64,000 nucleotides of DNA from positions 7,406 through 71,405 of the forward strand of contig JASGEW010000131.1 of NCBI GenBank assembly GCA_047606125.1. Reading direction: 5' to 3'. Origin of the DNA: Niabella sp. (GTDB lineage: Bacteria; Bacteroidota; Bacteroidia; Chitinophagales; Chitinophagaceae). Made by a program: the position numbers and the translations under genes. Shown in pieces: positions 39,528 through 48,745 of this stretch. The notes under the pieces are model-generated. The model was not told the DNA's origin and made no database searches. It saw only the letters and a list, made by a program, of their open reading frames with translations. Positions within the stretch are counted from its first letter, which is position 1. Each line of letters starts with the position of its first letter.

Positions 39528-41909
39528 ATGAAATGGTGCGTTCCTATAGTATTACTATTTATCTGGCTGCCCGTCATTTCTTTAAAAGCTCAAGACCTTC
39601 AGCAAACTTTAAATGCCTGGAGCTTAAAAAACCCTATAGAAAAAGTTTACCTGCATACAGACAGACAAATTTATTTTGCGGGTCAGACAATTTGGTTTAA
39701 AAGTTATTTTTTGAGCTACTTTAAACCTTCCGGGAATAATTCCACGTTGTTTGTAGAGTTATTAAACAACCGATCAGATATAATTGTAAAGAAAATATTG
39801 CCGGTTTTCAATGCCATAACCTATGGGCAAATAGAACTGCCCGATAGTCTCAGCACAGGTTATTACTGGCTGAGAGCTTATTCGCCTTTAATGCTGAACC
39901 AAAATAGATCTTATTTGTATACTTCACCTGTACGCATATTTGGCCAGTCAAAAGGAAATAAACAAAACAGCCAACCTGCAGTAACGGTCAACACTTCATT
40001 ACAGTTTTTCCCGGAGGGCGGCAACCTTATTGCCGGCGTGTCCAACACAGTGGCATTCAAGGCAACCGATATAAATGGCAACCCGCTGCATATATCAGGA
40101 TTCGTAAAAGACGATGCAGGTGATACCATCACTACTTTTACAAGCTTTCACGACGGAATGGGCAAGTTTTCTTTTATTCCTAAAGCAGACAATCAATACA
40201 CTGCAATTATAAACGGAGGCGGACAACCTTATCCATTACCCGCCGCTGCAATAAACGGGGTGGCATTACATGCAGATCTTATGGCAGGAAAGATCAATTA
40301 CACCGTTCGTACTAATAGTAGCTGGCAGCAGGATTTTACACCTGCATTTATTATAGCTCAAATGCAAAATAAGGTAGTGGCGCAACAACAGGTTGAGCCC
40401 CTTAAAAATAATATTTCCAGGGGAAGCCTCCCGGTAAAAGAGCTTCACTCAGGTATTCTCCAGCTTACATTTTTTAACAAAGACAAGGCTCCTCTTGCCG
40501 AAAGGTTGTTTTTTATTAATAATAAAGAATATACATTGCAGGGAATACTGCATACACAAGCAGCAAATACGGGTGCACGTAAAGAAAATAATTTTACAAT
40601 ACAGCTTACAGATAGTATAGAAGGTGATTTTTCTGTTGCAGTTACCGATGCAGATTACGATGAGCCGGGCAACAGGAAAGAAAATATCATTTCCTCATTT
40701 TTATTGACTGCCGATTTACCGGGGATTATTAATAACCCCTCATGGTATCTGAGCGATGATGAAAAAGCACCTGAAGCGCTTGACCTGGTAATGCTGACAA
40801 ACGGATGGAGAAGATTCAGGTGGAGCGAGGTGGCACAGAACCACCTGCCGGAACCTGTCTATAAAGATCCGGGGTATATTTCTTTATCAGGGAAAGTAAA
40901 TATCAGGAGCTCTAAAAAAAGTTTTGCTGACAGGGACCTGTTAATATGGACCACTACGCCGAACGCAGACAGAAGCCTCCAAATGATAAAAACCGATGCG
41001 CAGGGAAATTTTAAAATGGATTCATTGGTTTTCTTTGATAAGGCCAGGATCCTTTTCAGTGATGTAATGGGAAACAAAAGTAAATTCATTACCGTAAAAC
41101 TGGATGCAGATTCTTTATACAAAACATATAAATTGCCCGATCTGCAAACAACCTTTATAACCCGGCAGGATGATGCAAAGGCACTGTCTGCAAGAATGCA
41201 ATCCGCTTATTTTGATTATGCAAGAGGCGAAGGACTGTTATTGGACAATGTAGCAATTGAAGGAAAAAAACTTACCGAAGATGAACTGGAGAAAAAATAT
41301 ATGAGCGGTTTATTTTCAGGAAATATCAATGCCCGGACTATAAATCTCACAGGCCAGTTTATTCCCCAATGGAATATTTTTGAATGGTTGACAGGAAGAA
41401 TTCCCAGCCTGCAAATTGACCATTCCGGAAATCTCGGTGACAACTACCGGCTTACTTACCGCCGGCAGCCGGTACAATTATTCCTCGATGAAATGCCCAT
41501 AAACGACGCCAGTTTTATCTCTTCAATTCCTGCAAATCAAATTGCCCTGCTCAAATTGTTTCCCCAGTTTATTGGCGCCAGGGGCAATAATGCAGCTTTG
41601 GCAGTTTATACCAAACGCGGCGACGATCTCTCCGATGAAATAGATGCTACCGGCGATATTGTTGATTACGATGGATACAGCATTATTAAAGAATATTACA
41701 GCCCCGATTATGCAGCGCCCGCCGAACTGAATTACAGGGATTACCGGCTTACCTTAAACTGGCAGCCGCAAGTGCGGGTTTCGGGAAATAACATTCCGGT
41801 TAGATTTTATAATAACGATCGCACTAAAAGATTCCGGGTTGTTGTCGAAGGCTTTACCAGGGATGGAAAACTGTTAATGATCGAAAAGATTATAGAGCCT
41901 GCAAAATAA
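39528..41909 (+). CDS. Large secreted protein, tandem paralogue B of 37042-39432
   Basis: 793 aa and collinear with paralogue A along its whole length. Shared blocks are KVYLHTDRQIYFAGQTIWFKSYF, FFPEGGNLIAGVSNTVAFKATDING, VTDADYDEPGNR, LDLVMLTNGWRRFRW, GNFKMDSLVFFDK, LFLDEMPINDA and RFRVVVEGFTRDGKLLMIEKIIEP. Confidence 0.55.
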   Translation: MKWCVPIVLLFIWLPVISLKAQDLQQTLNAWSLKNPIEKVYLHTDRQIYFAGQTIWFKSYFLSYFKPSGNNSTLFVELLNNRSDIIVKKILPVFNAITYGQIELPDSLSTGYYWLRAYSPLMLNQNRSYLYTSPVRIFGQSKGNKQNSQPAVTVNTSLQFFPEGGNLIAGVSNTVAFKATDINGNPLHISGFVKDDAGDTITTFTSFHDGMGKFSFIPKADNQYTAIINGGGQPYPLPAAAINGVALHADLMAGKINYTVRTNSSWQQDFTPAFIIAQMQNKVVAQQQVEPLKNNISRGSLPVKELHSGILQLTFFNKDKAPLAERLFFINNKEYTLQGILHTQAANTGARKENNFTIQLTDSIEGDFSVAVTDADYDEPGNRKENIISSFLLTADLPGIINNPSWYLSDDEKAPEALDLVMLTNGWRRFRWSEVAQNHLPEPVYKDPGYISLSGKVNIRSSKKSFADRDLLIWTTTPNADRSLQMIKTDAQGNFKMDSLVFFDKARILFSDVMGNKSKFITVKLDADSLYKTYKLPDLQTTFITRQDDAKALSARMQSAYFDYARGEGLLLDNVAIEGKKLTEDELEKKYMSGLFSGNINARTINLTGQFIPQWNIFEWLTGRIPSLQIDHSGNLGDNYRLTYRRQPVQLFLDEMPINDASFISSIPANQIALLKLFPQFIGARGNNAALAVYTKRGDDLSDEIDATGDIVDYDGYSIIKEYYSPDYAAPAELNYRDYRLTLNWQPQVRVSGNNIPVRFYNNDRTKRFRVVVEGFTRDGKLLMIEKIIEPAK

Positions 41910-42167
41910 AATAATAAGAAAAAATCCAAACAACCCGTTATATAAGCTGCCTTCCCTGCAGCGCCTTCTGCAACAGGCTTATCCGCAAATCTGGAATTAT
42001 TTATTAAGATAAACTCCGCTTTTGCTACACTATCAATTTGAGGATATATCTTTCTAACAACCTAAATGACCATCTTTAACTGGTTACGCCTTTTTATATA
42101 CCTGCCAGAAGAACAAGCTGCTTCATAAATTTGTACATTGTTCTTTTAAAATTAATAATTTTATTCC

Positions 42168-43262
42168 ATGACCATCCAACAAATTACCTCCTATCTCGAA
42201 ACCATTGCCCCGCCTGCCTTACAGGAATCCTATGATAATGCAGGATTGCTGACAGGAAATGCCGGCTGGGAATGTACAGGCATACTTTGCTGCCTCGACA
42301 GCATTGAAGCGGTAATTGACGAAGCAATCGGGAAAAACTGTAACCTGGTTGTAGCGCATCACCCTATTATTTTCGGCGGACTAAAAAAAATAACCGGTAA
42401 AAATTACATAGAGCGCGCCGTCATTAAAGCCATCAAAAACGATATCGCTATTTATGCCATTCATACCAACCTGGATAATATTTTGCAGGGAGTAAATGGA
42501 AAAATTGCAGAAAAACTCGGTCTAAAAAATCTTAAAATTTTATCGCCCAAAAGTAACCAGTTGTTGAAGCTTTATTTTTGTGTACCGGCAAGCCATGCCT
42601 CAAAAGTCATGAATGCCCTGTTTGAAACAGGTGCCGGCAATATTGGCAATTACAGCGAATGCAGTTTTAGGGTAAACGGCCTGGGTACTTTCAGGCCAAA
42701 TAACCAGGCTAATCCTTTCAGCGGAGAAAAGGGTAAGCGCTATGAAGATGAAGAACTAAAAATTGAAATATTATTCCCGGCACATTTAGAAGCTGAAATT
42801 GTTTATAATCTGAAAGCCAGCCACCCTTACGAGGAGGTAGCTTATGAAGTGATCCGGTTAAATAATTTTCACCAGGAAATCGGCTCCGGCATTACCGGAG
42901 AATATGACCATCCGCTTGCTGAAGACATTTTTTTACAGAAACTGAAGGACACTTTTCACCTCCATAATCTAAAACATACCCGAAAAACCGGAAAGCTTAT
43001 TAAAAAAGTGAGTATTTGCGGGGGTGCGGGCGTCTTCCTGCTAAAGGATGCAATAAATTGCAAATCAGATGTTTACATTACATCTGATATTAAATATCAT
43101 GAGTTTTTTAATGCAGATGGTCGTATTTTACTTGTAGATATAGGACATTATGAAAGCGAGCAATATACCATTGAACTGCTGGCTCATCTTTTAGAGCAAA
43201 AATTCCCTAACTTTGCCGTCCTTAAAACAGGTGTAAACACAAATCCTGTTTATTATTTTTAA
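42168..43262 (+). CDS. Nif3-like dinuclear metal centre protein (GTP cyclohydrolase 1 type 2 homologue)
   Basis: 364 aa. Has YDNAGLL, VVAHHPIIF, IYAIHTNLD, an inserted PII-like domain, and the C-terminal GHYESE. Confidence 0.85.
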   Translation: MTIQQITSYLETIAPPALQESYDNAGLLTGNAGWECTGILCCLDSIEAVIDEAIGKNCNLVVAHHPIIFGGLKKITGKNYIERAVIKAIKNDIAIYAIHTNLDNILQGVNGKIAEKLGLKNLKILSPKSNQLLKLYFCVPASHASKVMNALFETGAGNIGNYSECSFRVNGLGTFRPNNQANPFSGEKGKRYEDEELKIEILFPAHLEAEIVYNLKASHPYEEVAYEVIRLNNFHQEIGSGITGEYDHPLAEDIFLQKLKDTFHLHNLKHTRKTGKLIKKVSICGGAGVFLLKDAINCKSDVYITSDIKYHEFFNADGRILLVDIGHYESEQYTIELLAHLLEQKFPNFAVLKTGVNTNPVYYF

Positions 43263-43315
43263 AATATTCAATTGAATTACAATTGAATATTTTAAAAAGA
43301 CTAATATAAAAAAAT

Positions 43316-44071
43316 ATGGCACAATTAAAAGAATTTTCCATCGAAGAAAAATTAAGCTCCCTGATCCATTTGCAAAAAATAGACAGCAAGATGGATGAAA
43401 TCAAGATTTTAAAAGGTGAATTACCCATGGAAGTTGCCGATCTTGAGGATGAGTTACAGGGTTTGCGTGCAAGACAAACCCGCATTGAAGAAGAAATTAA
43501 TGGTGTTACCGAATTTATTGAAGAGCGCAAAGCTGCCATTAAGGACAGTGAAGCATTGATCAAAAAATACGAAAAAGACAGCGAGAACGTAAAGAATAAC
43601 CGTGAGTTTGAAGCGATTAATAAAGAGACCGAAATGCAACAGCTTGAAATAAAGCTGGCAGAAAAACATATTAAAGATGCGAACGAAGAAATTGCTGAAA
43701 AAGTAGTTCTTTTAGAAAAAGCGAAAAAAAATATTGCTACCAAAGAAGGTTCTTTAGAATTGAAAAAAGCCGAGCTGGAAAAAATTATTACTGCAAACGA
43801 AAAAGAAGAAAAACAGTTTGCAAAATTATCAGCGGAAGCTAAAGAAGAGGTTGAACCAAGGTTACTGGCCAGCTATGAAAAAATTCGCGGTAACTTCCGT
43901 AACGGGTTAGCCGTAGTGCCGGTAGTAAGGGATGCCTGCGGAGGTTGTTTCTATGCCATCCCGCCACAAAAACAAAGTGAAATTAAACAACACAAAAAGA
44001 TTATCGCCTGCGAAAACTGCGGCCGGATCTTAGTAGACGAAGAACTTCATAATAATATTGAAGTAAAATAA
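43316..44071 (+). CDS. Coiled-coil protein with a C-terminal C4 zinc ribbon (COG1579/DUF164-like), the conserved partner of Nif3
   Basis: 251 aa. Long K/E-rich coiled coil followed by CGGC...N19...CENCGRIL. Confidence 0.75.
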   Translation: MAQLKEFSIEEKLSSLIHLQKIDSKMDEIKILKGELPMEVADLEDELQGLRARQTRIEEEINGVTEFIEERKAAIKDSEALIKKYEKDSENVKNNREFEAINKETEMQQLEIKLAEKHIKDANEEIAEKVVLLEKAKKNIATKEGSLELKKAELEKIITANEKEEKQFAKLSAEAKEEVEPRLLASYEKIRGNFRNGLAVVPVVRDACGGCFYAIPPQKQSEIKQHKKIIACENCGRILVDEELHNNIEVK

Positions 44072-44096
44072 TAAAATATTTTTCTTTTTTTATTTT

Positions 44097-44127
44097 CTCC
44101 AACCCCAAAAGGGTTGGAGTTTTTTTT
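44097..44127 (+). terminator. Rho-independent terminator after the zinc-ribbon gene
   Basis: Stem ctccaaccc (44097-44105) pairs with gggttggag (44111-44119), followed by an 8-nt T-run. Confidence 0.75.
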
Positions 44128-44135
44128 AAGCGAAC

Positions 44136-44168
44136 CTGGTCTGACCGCCCCCATCCCGGTCAGACCAG
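44136..44168. other. Perfect 12-bp GC-rich hairpin between two convergent terminators
   Basis: ctggtctgaccg (44136-44147) and cggtcagaccag (44157-44168) form the stem around a 9-nt C-rich loop. No adjacent T-run on either strand. Confidence 0.6.
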
Positions 44169-44171
44169 CAT

Positions 44172-44197
44172 CAAAAAAAACAGGCATATAGCCTGTT
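44172..44197 (-). terminator. Rho-independent terminator after the 44223-44588 lipoprotein gene
   Basis: Minus strand reads aacaggc-tatat-gcctgtt followed by TTTTTTTT. Confidence 0.65.
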
Positions 44198-44222
44198 CCA
44201 AAATAAGCGATTAAGCCTTTTA

Positions 44223-44588
44223 CTATTTATTCAGTTCTTTCTTTGCAGCGTCCGCTCCTGCCCTGGCCGCATCCTTTACTTTTTGCACGCCTTCTTTTAG
44301 TTTTGTTACGCCTTCATTCGCTTTTTCCTTTGCCACATCGCCTATTTCTTTAGTATGTTGTTTAATTTTATCAGCAGCAGTATCTACATCAGCTTTAAGG
44401 GAATCGGCGATGCTTTTCAAAGAGGCAGTACTATCTTCCATACGGGTACTGTCTGAGGCATAGGTATCTAAAGAGTCTTTTGTTTCTAAAGAATCCTGTT
44501 CGGCCTCTTTACTTGTGGTGGCAGTGCTGCAGGAATAAAAACAGAATGCCGAACATACAATGAAAACAAGAAGTGATAATTTTTTCAT
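44223..44588 (-). CDS. Small hypothetical lipoprotein (K/A/D-rich helical C-terminus, YtxH/LEA-like composition)
   Basis: 121 aa with lipobox FCFYSC. The C-terminal half is low-complexity and helical. Confidence 0.5.
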   Translation of the reverse strand: MKKLSLLVFIVCSAFCFYSCSTATTSKEAEQDSLETKDSLDTYASDSTRMEDSTASLKSIADSLKADVDTAADKIKQHTKEIGDVAKEKANEGVTKLKEGVQKVKDAARAGADAAKKELNK

Positions 44589-44599
44589 TAGTGTATAAT

Positions 44600-45910
44600 T
44601 TATTTTTTTCTGAAAAATAACCTCACCGGTACTCCACTGAAATCAAAATGCTTTCTCAGCTGGTTTTCCAGGTAATTTCTGTACGGAGTTTTTATATCAT
44701 CCGGAAAATTACAGAAAAATGCAAACGAAGGCACCGCAGTAGGCAGTTGGGTAACAAATTTAATTTTAATAGCATGGCCGCGCACTACCGGAGCATGGTG
44801 CGCCTGCACCGCTTTAAGCATTGCATCATTTAACCTGGAAGTAGATACTTTACGTTTGCGGTTTTCATATACTTCGAGCGCCGTTTCCATCGCTTTAAAG
44901 ATCCTTGTTTTTTCAAGAGCTGAGATAAAAATAACAGGCACGTCGCTAAAGGGCGCCAGGCGTTTTTTTAGTTCGGTTTCATATTCTTTTGCAGTATTGG
45001 TTTCCTTTTTAACCAGGTCCCATTTATTTACCAGCAATAAAATTCCCTTTCCTTTTCTCGCTGCCAGACTAAATATGTTCAGGTCCTGTGCCGTGAGCCC
45101 CTTTTCCGCATCAATGAGCAGCAAACACACATCAGCTTCGTCCAGCGCCTTAATAGCACGGATAACTGAGTAAAACTCCAGGTCTTCATGTACGCGGGTT
45201 TTACGGCGGATCCCTGCCGTATCGATCAATATAAATTCTTTCTGAAATAAATTATAATGCGTATGAATGGTGTCGCGCGTGGTACCGGCAATGTTACTTA
45301 CAATAGTACGCTCCTGCCCTATTAATGCATTCAATAAAGAAGATTTTCCCACATTAGGCTGCCCGATAATGGCAAACTTAGGTAACGCCCCGGTATCAGC
45401 ATCTTCTTTTTTATCTTCGGGGATTAATGCAGCTACCGCATCCAGCAGCTCACCCGTACCGCTGCCACTTGCCGATGCAATAAAATAAACATCGTCAAAC
45501 CCCATGCTATAAAACTCAGTAGCATCCAGCATCCGGTCATTATTGTCTACTTTATTCACTGTAAGAAAAACCGGCTTTACACTTTTACGCAATACACCGG
45601 CCATTTCTTCATCCAGGTGGGTAATACCGGTACCCGCATCTACCATAAACAAAATGACATCTGCTTCTTCCACAGCAATCAGTACCTGCTTGGCAATTTC
45701 TTTTTCAAAAACATCTTCGCTGCCATGTACAAAGCCGCCGGTATCAATTACGTTAAACTGCCTGCCATTCCAATCGCTTATGCCATATTGCCTGTCGCGG
45801 GTTACACCACTTACATCATCTACAATCGCTTTTCTTTGCTCCAGCAAACGATTGAACAAAGTACTCTTTCCCACATTTGGCCTGCCTACTATTGCTAATG
45901 TAAAACCCAT
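44600..45910 (-). CDS. der: Ribosome-biogenesis GTPase Der (EngA)
   Basis: 436 aa with two GTPase domains (GRPNVGKST and GQPNVGKSS; DTGG and DTAG; NKVD and NKWD) plus a KH-like C-terminus. Confidence 0.95.
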   Translation of the reverse strand: MGFTLAIVGRPNVGKSTLFNRLLEQRKAIVDDVSGVTRDRQYGISDWNGRQFNVIDTGGFVHGSEDVFEKEIAKQVLIAVEEADVILFMVDAGTGITHLDEEMAGVLRKSVKPVFLTVNKVDNNDRMLDATEFYSMGFDDVYFIASASGSGTGELLDAVAALIPEDKKEDADTGALPKFAIIGQPNVGKSSLLNALIGQERTIVSNIAGTTRDTIHTHYNLFQKEFILIDTAGIRRKTRVHEDLEFYSVIRAIKALDEADVCLLLIDAEKGLTAQDLNIFSLAARKGKGILLLVNKWDLVKKETNTAKEYETELKKRLAPFSDVPVIFISALEKTRIFKAMETALEVYENRKRKVSTSRLNDAMLKAVQAHHAPVVRGHAIKIKFVTQLPTAVPSFAFFCNFPDDIKTPYRNYLENQLRKHFDFSGVPVRLFFRKK

Positions 45911-45997
45911 GTTTTTATTTCTGATTAAAGATTTCTGATTTCTAATTTATGATTTCATTCAGCAAATAATTAGCACATTGTCACATTAGCTAATTGG

Positions 45998-46864
45998 CTA
46001 ATACCCATACTCTTTGAGTTGCAGATCATTATCCCGCCACTTTGGTTTTACCTTTACAAACAGCTCGAGAAACACTTTTTGGTTTAAAAAAGCTTCAATG
46101 TCCTTACGGGCCATTATGCCCAGCTTTTTGATCATGCTGCCCTTTTCCCCGATTAATATCATTTTCTGCGTTTCGCGATGCACAATAATATCTGCTACTA
46201 TTTTTGTAAGCGTTTGCTTTTCTTTAAACTCTCGAATTAAAACTGCAGTATGATACGGAATTTCGTCCTGCGCCAGTTCGTATATTTTTTCCCGGATCAG
46301 CTCGCTCACAAAAAACTTTTCGGGCAGGTCGCTGATACTGTCGTCCTCGTAAAAAGGTTCCCCTTCAGGTAATAGCGCTAATACAGGCTGAAGAAATTTT
46401 TTAAAATTAATTCCCGTCAGCGCTGATATCGCTACTGTTTTTTTCACATACGATTTTGCTGCAAAAAATGCTTCAGCTTCCTGTATCTGCTCTTTATTTG
46501 CCCGGTCAACTTTATTGAGCACCAACACTGCCGGTACTTTCAATTTTAATGCCCCGAATATTGCGTCACACGCTTCCCAATTATCGTTTATATCTACAAT
46601 TAAAAGCGCCACATCGGCATCCTCCAACGCCCCCTTTACCGATTGCATCATTTTCTCATGCAGCTTATATTCGGGCTGGATAATTCCCGGCGTATCGCTG
46701 AAAATGACCTGGTAATCTTTTTCGGTAAGAATCGCTTTGATGCGATGACGGGTGGTTTGTACTTTCGGTGAAACAATGGCCAGTTTTTCCCCCATCAGCG
46801 CATTTAATAATGTGCTTTTCCCTGCATTGGGCCTTCCGAATATGTTTACAAAACCTGATTTCAT
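45998..46864 (-). CDS. era: GTPase Era
   Basis: 288 aa from the ATG at 46864 (MKSGFVNIFGRPNAGKSTLLN). Has DTPG, NKVD and a C-terminal KH domain. The 46927 start in the ORF track abuts the downstream tRNA-Met gene. Confidence 0.93.
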   Translation of the reverse strand: MKSGFVNIFGRPNAGKSTLLNALMGEKLAIVSPKVQTTRHRIKAILTEKDYQVIFSDTPGIIQPEYKLHEKMMQSVKGALEDADVALLIVDINDNWEACDAIFGALKLKVPAVLVLNKVDRANKEQIQEAEAFFAAKSYVKKTVAISALTGINFKKFLQPVLALLPEGEPFYEDDSISDLPEKFFVSELIREKIYELAQDEIPYHTAVLIREFKEKQTLTKIVADIIVHRETQKMILIGEKGSMIKKLGIMARKDIEAFLNQKVFLELFVKVKPKWRDNDLQLKEYGY

Positions 46865-46936
46865 TGCCAGAACAAAAACACCCATTACCTCAACAAAAAA
46901 GCCGCTCACAATAAAGCGAACGGCCATTAACTTTAG

Positions 46937-47008
<72 letters not shown>

Positions 47009-47011
47009 ATG

Positions 47012-47042
47012 CAAAAGTAGGGCTTTTTTCGAAAGCAGCAAA
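47012..47042 (-). promoter_or_regulatory. Bacteroidota-type promoter of the initiator tRNA (-7 TACTTTTG, -33 TTTG)
   Basis: On the minus strand TACTTTTG lies at 47019-47012 and TTTG at 47042-47039. This spacing puts the predicted start at about the mature tRNA 5' end (47008). Confidence 0.5.
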
Positions 47043-47119
47043 GAGATTTTGAAATTTATTTTCGTAAACAGGATTCTCTGTCAATTATGAAAAAATCTGC
47101 CAAATCGCCCAGTCCTGTA

Positions 47120-47193
47120 TCATCGAACGGGAACGAACCTGTGTCCGCCGCGGCGGATATGAGTCCAACGAACTGTCACTGCTCTGCATCGCG
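47120..47193 (-). pseudogene. Decayed duplicate of the initiator tRNA-Met gene (tRNA-like, does not fold into a canonical cloverleaf by hand)
   Basis: Minus strand reads CGCGATGCAGAGCAGTGACAGTTCGTTGGACTCATATCCGCCGCGGCGGACACAGGTTCGTTCCCGTTCGATGA and aligns with the neighbouring tRNA (CGCGA.G.AGAGCAG.G..AG.TCGT.GG.CTCATA...ACAGGTTCG). The acceptor and anticodon stems no longer pair, the T-loop is 1 nt short, and a palindromic CCGCCGCGGCGG is inserted. Confidence 0.4.
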
Positions 47194-47241
47194 ATGTAAA
47201 CACAGGGCTTTTTTCGAAAGCAAAGAGATTGCGCAATTATT

Positions 47242-48171
47242 TCATTTAGCCGGAGTAATTATAATGTTCCGAAACTCTATCGGACCATGGTCGCCCTGAA
47301 AATATACAGGTCCCGGTTCTGCTTCACTACTGTTCAACGCGCCACCCGTAATACCCGGAATTTCCTGGTTACTGATAACAGTTTTTCCGTTAGCCACTAC
47401 CGTTACCATTCTGCCTATTAAGGTTATATCATATTCCTGCCATTCTCCCGGGCCTTTTGAATTGATCTCGCTCGGTGTTAAGAATCCGTATATACCGCTG
47501 AATAAAACATTGGAGGGGTGTTCATTTTCATCGTTATCGAGGATCTGTACCTCATAACGGCCACGTAAATAAACGCCGCTGTTACTTCCTTTCTGGTACC
47601 GGAATTCTACATGCAGCTTAAAATCATTAAACATTTGTTCCGAAATTAAATTGGCACCAGAATGAGGACTGGTCAGAACACCATCTTTTACTTCCCATTG
47701 ATTTTTATTGCCAACCGCTTTCCAGCCGGTAAGGTCTTTTCCATTGAACAATTTTATAGGCGTACCCCATACAGGAGCTTTCTCTCTTTTTAAATACGGG
47801 GCCCTTACACCTTTCCAGTTATATTTTTTTCCCTCGCTGGTTACTATAGAGCCCTCTATGCCATCTGCGGAGAAGCTTCCGTCAATCACAAAATTCTGGT
47901 TACCGCCCTCCCACTGTGGTGGAATGGTAAATGAAAAATGGCCGTCATTAAATTTTATTTCAGACACCGGCCTTGCGCTGCCTACAATGCAGACAAACTG
48001 CCCCACCAGGGTTTTAAAGCCTGATATGTGAGCTTCAAGCCAGGCAGGCAGCGGCTTACCGTTTACGTCAATCTGAATGTCCCAACGGCCTACCAGATCA
48101 TTTGCGTCGTACGCAAAAGCATTAAAAGTTAACATAGCTGCTGCAATACAGGCTAATATCTTTTTAAACAT
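47242..48171 (-). CDS. DUF1080 (3-keto-disaccharide hydrolase-like) domain protein, secreted
   Basis: About 309 aa from the ATG at 48171 (MFKKILACIAAAMLTFNAFA signal). Has NGKDLTGWK, WEVKDGVL, NSGVYLRGRYEVQILD and GPIEFRNI. Confidence 0.75.
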   Translation of the reverse strand: MFKKILACIAAAMLTFNAFAYDANDLVGRWDIQIDVNGKPLPAWLEAHISGFKTLVGQFVCIVGSARPVSEIKFNDGHFSFTIPPQWEGGNQNFVIDGSFSADGIEGSIVTSEGKKYNWKGVRAPYLKREKAPVWGTPIKLFNGKDLTGWKAVGNKNQWEVKDGVLTSPHSGANLISEQMFNDFKLHVEFRYQKGSNSGVYLRGRYEVQILDNDENEHPSNVLFSGIYGFLTPSEINSKGPGEWQEYDITLIGRMVTVVANGKTVISNQEIPGITGGALNSSEAEPGPVYFQGDHGPIEFRNIIITPAK

Positions 48172-48259
48172 GTAATTTTTTTTTGTTTGAAGTATACAAA
48201 TATAATTTTTTACAGTATGTGAATATAACAATAGTATCTTTATTACAGATATACTAAAA

Positions 48260-48745
48260 ATGAAAGAATACAGTTATAGTTTTTCATACCAGGTTTTTGA
48301 AGATATAGCACAGCTGGCTAAAGATGATGCAGATCTGTTGCAACAGGCCCGTGAGCTTACTGCAATTGCCTATGCTCCTTACTCCCATTTTCAGGTAGCA
48401 AGTGCAGCCAAACTGGCCAATGGCCATATCGTAAAAGGCACTAACCAGGAGAACGCCTCCTTTCCGGTAGGCATTTGCGCCGAAAGAAGCCTGCTGGCGG
48501 CTGTGGGTACACAGTTTGCCAACGAAATAATTAAAACCATCGCTATTACTTATAACCCCCGGCAGGGACAAAGCAATAAACCTATTTCGCCATGTGGTAT
48601 GTGCCGGCAGGCTTTGCTGGAATATGAATTAAGAGTAAAGCACCCCATAAGGATGCTGTTATCCGGAATGCAGGGTCAGGTATATGTCATCAATACCGCT
48701 AAGGATCTGTTACCCTTTGCTTTTTCCGAAGGTGATCTGGGCTAA
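48260..48745 (+). CDS. cdd: Cytidine deaminase
   Basis: 161 aa with zinc ligand motifs CAERSLL and PCGMCRQ. Confidence 0.88.
   Translation: MKEYSYSFSYQVFEDIAQLAKDDADLLQQARELTAIAYAPYSHFQVASAAKLANGHIVKGTNQENASFPVGICAERSLLAAVGTQFANEIIKTIAITYNPRQGQSNKPISPCGMCRQALLEYELRVKHPIRMLLSGMQGQVYVINTAKDLLPFAFSEGDLG

Noticed and set aside
43222-43743. 173-aa minus-strand ORF rich in S, F and I
   Set aside because: It is antisense to the K/E-rich coiled-coil zinc-ribbon gene and overlaps the nif3 3' end. It is the mirror image of a low-complexity coding region, not a gene.
47087-47299. 70-aa plus-strand ORF
   Set aside because: It covers the decayed tRNA-Met copy, its duplicated promoter block and the 3' end of the DUF1080 gene, so it is an artefact of the tRNA-like sequence.
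48742-48745. 4-nt overlap of the convergent cdd and folB stop codons
   Set aside because: The overlap is real but trivial, and it gives no evidence of functional coupling.
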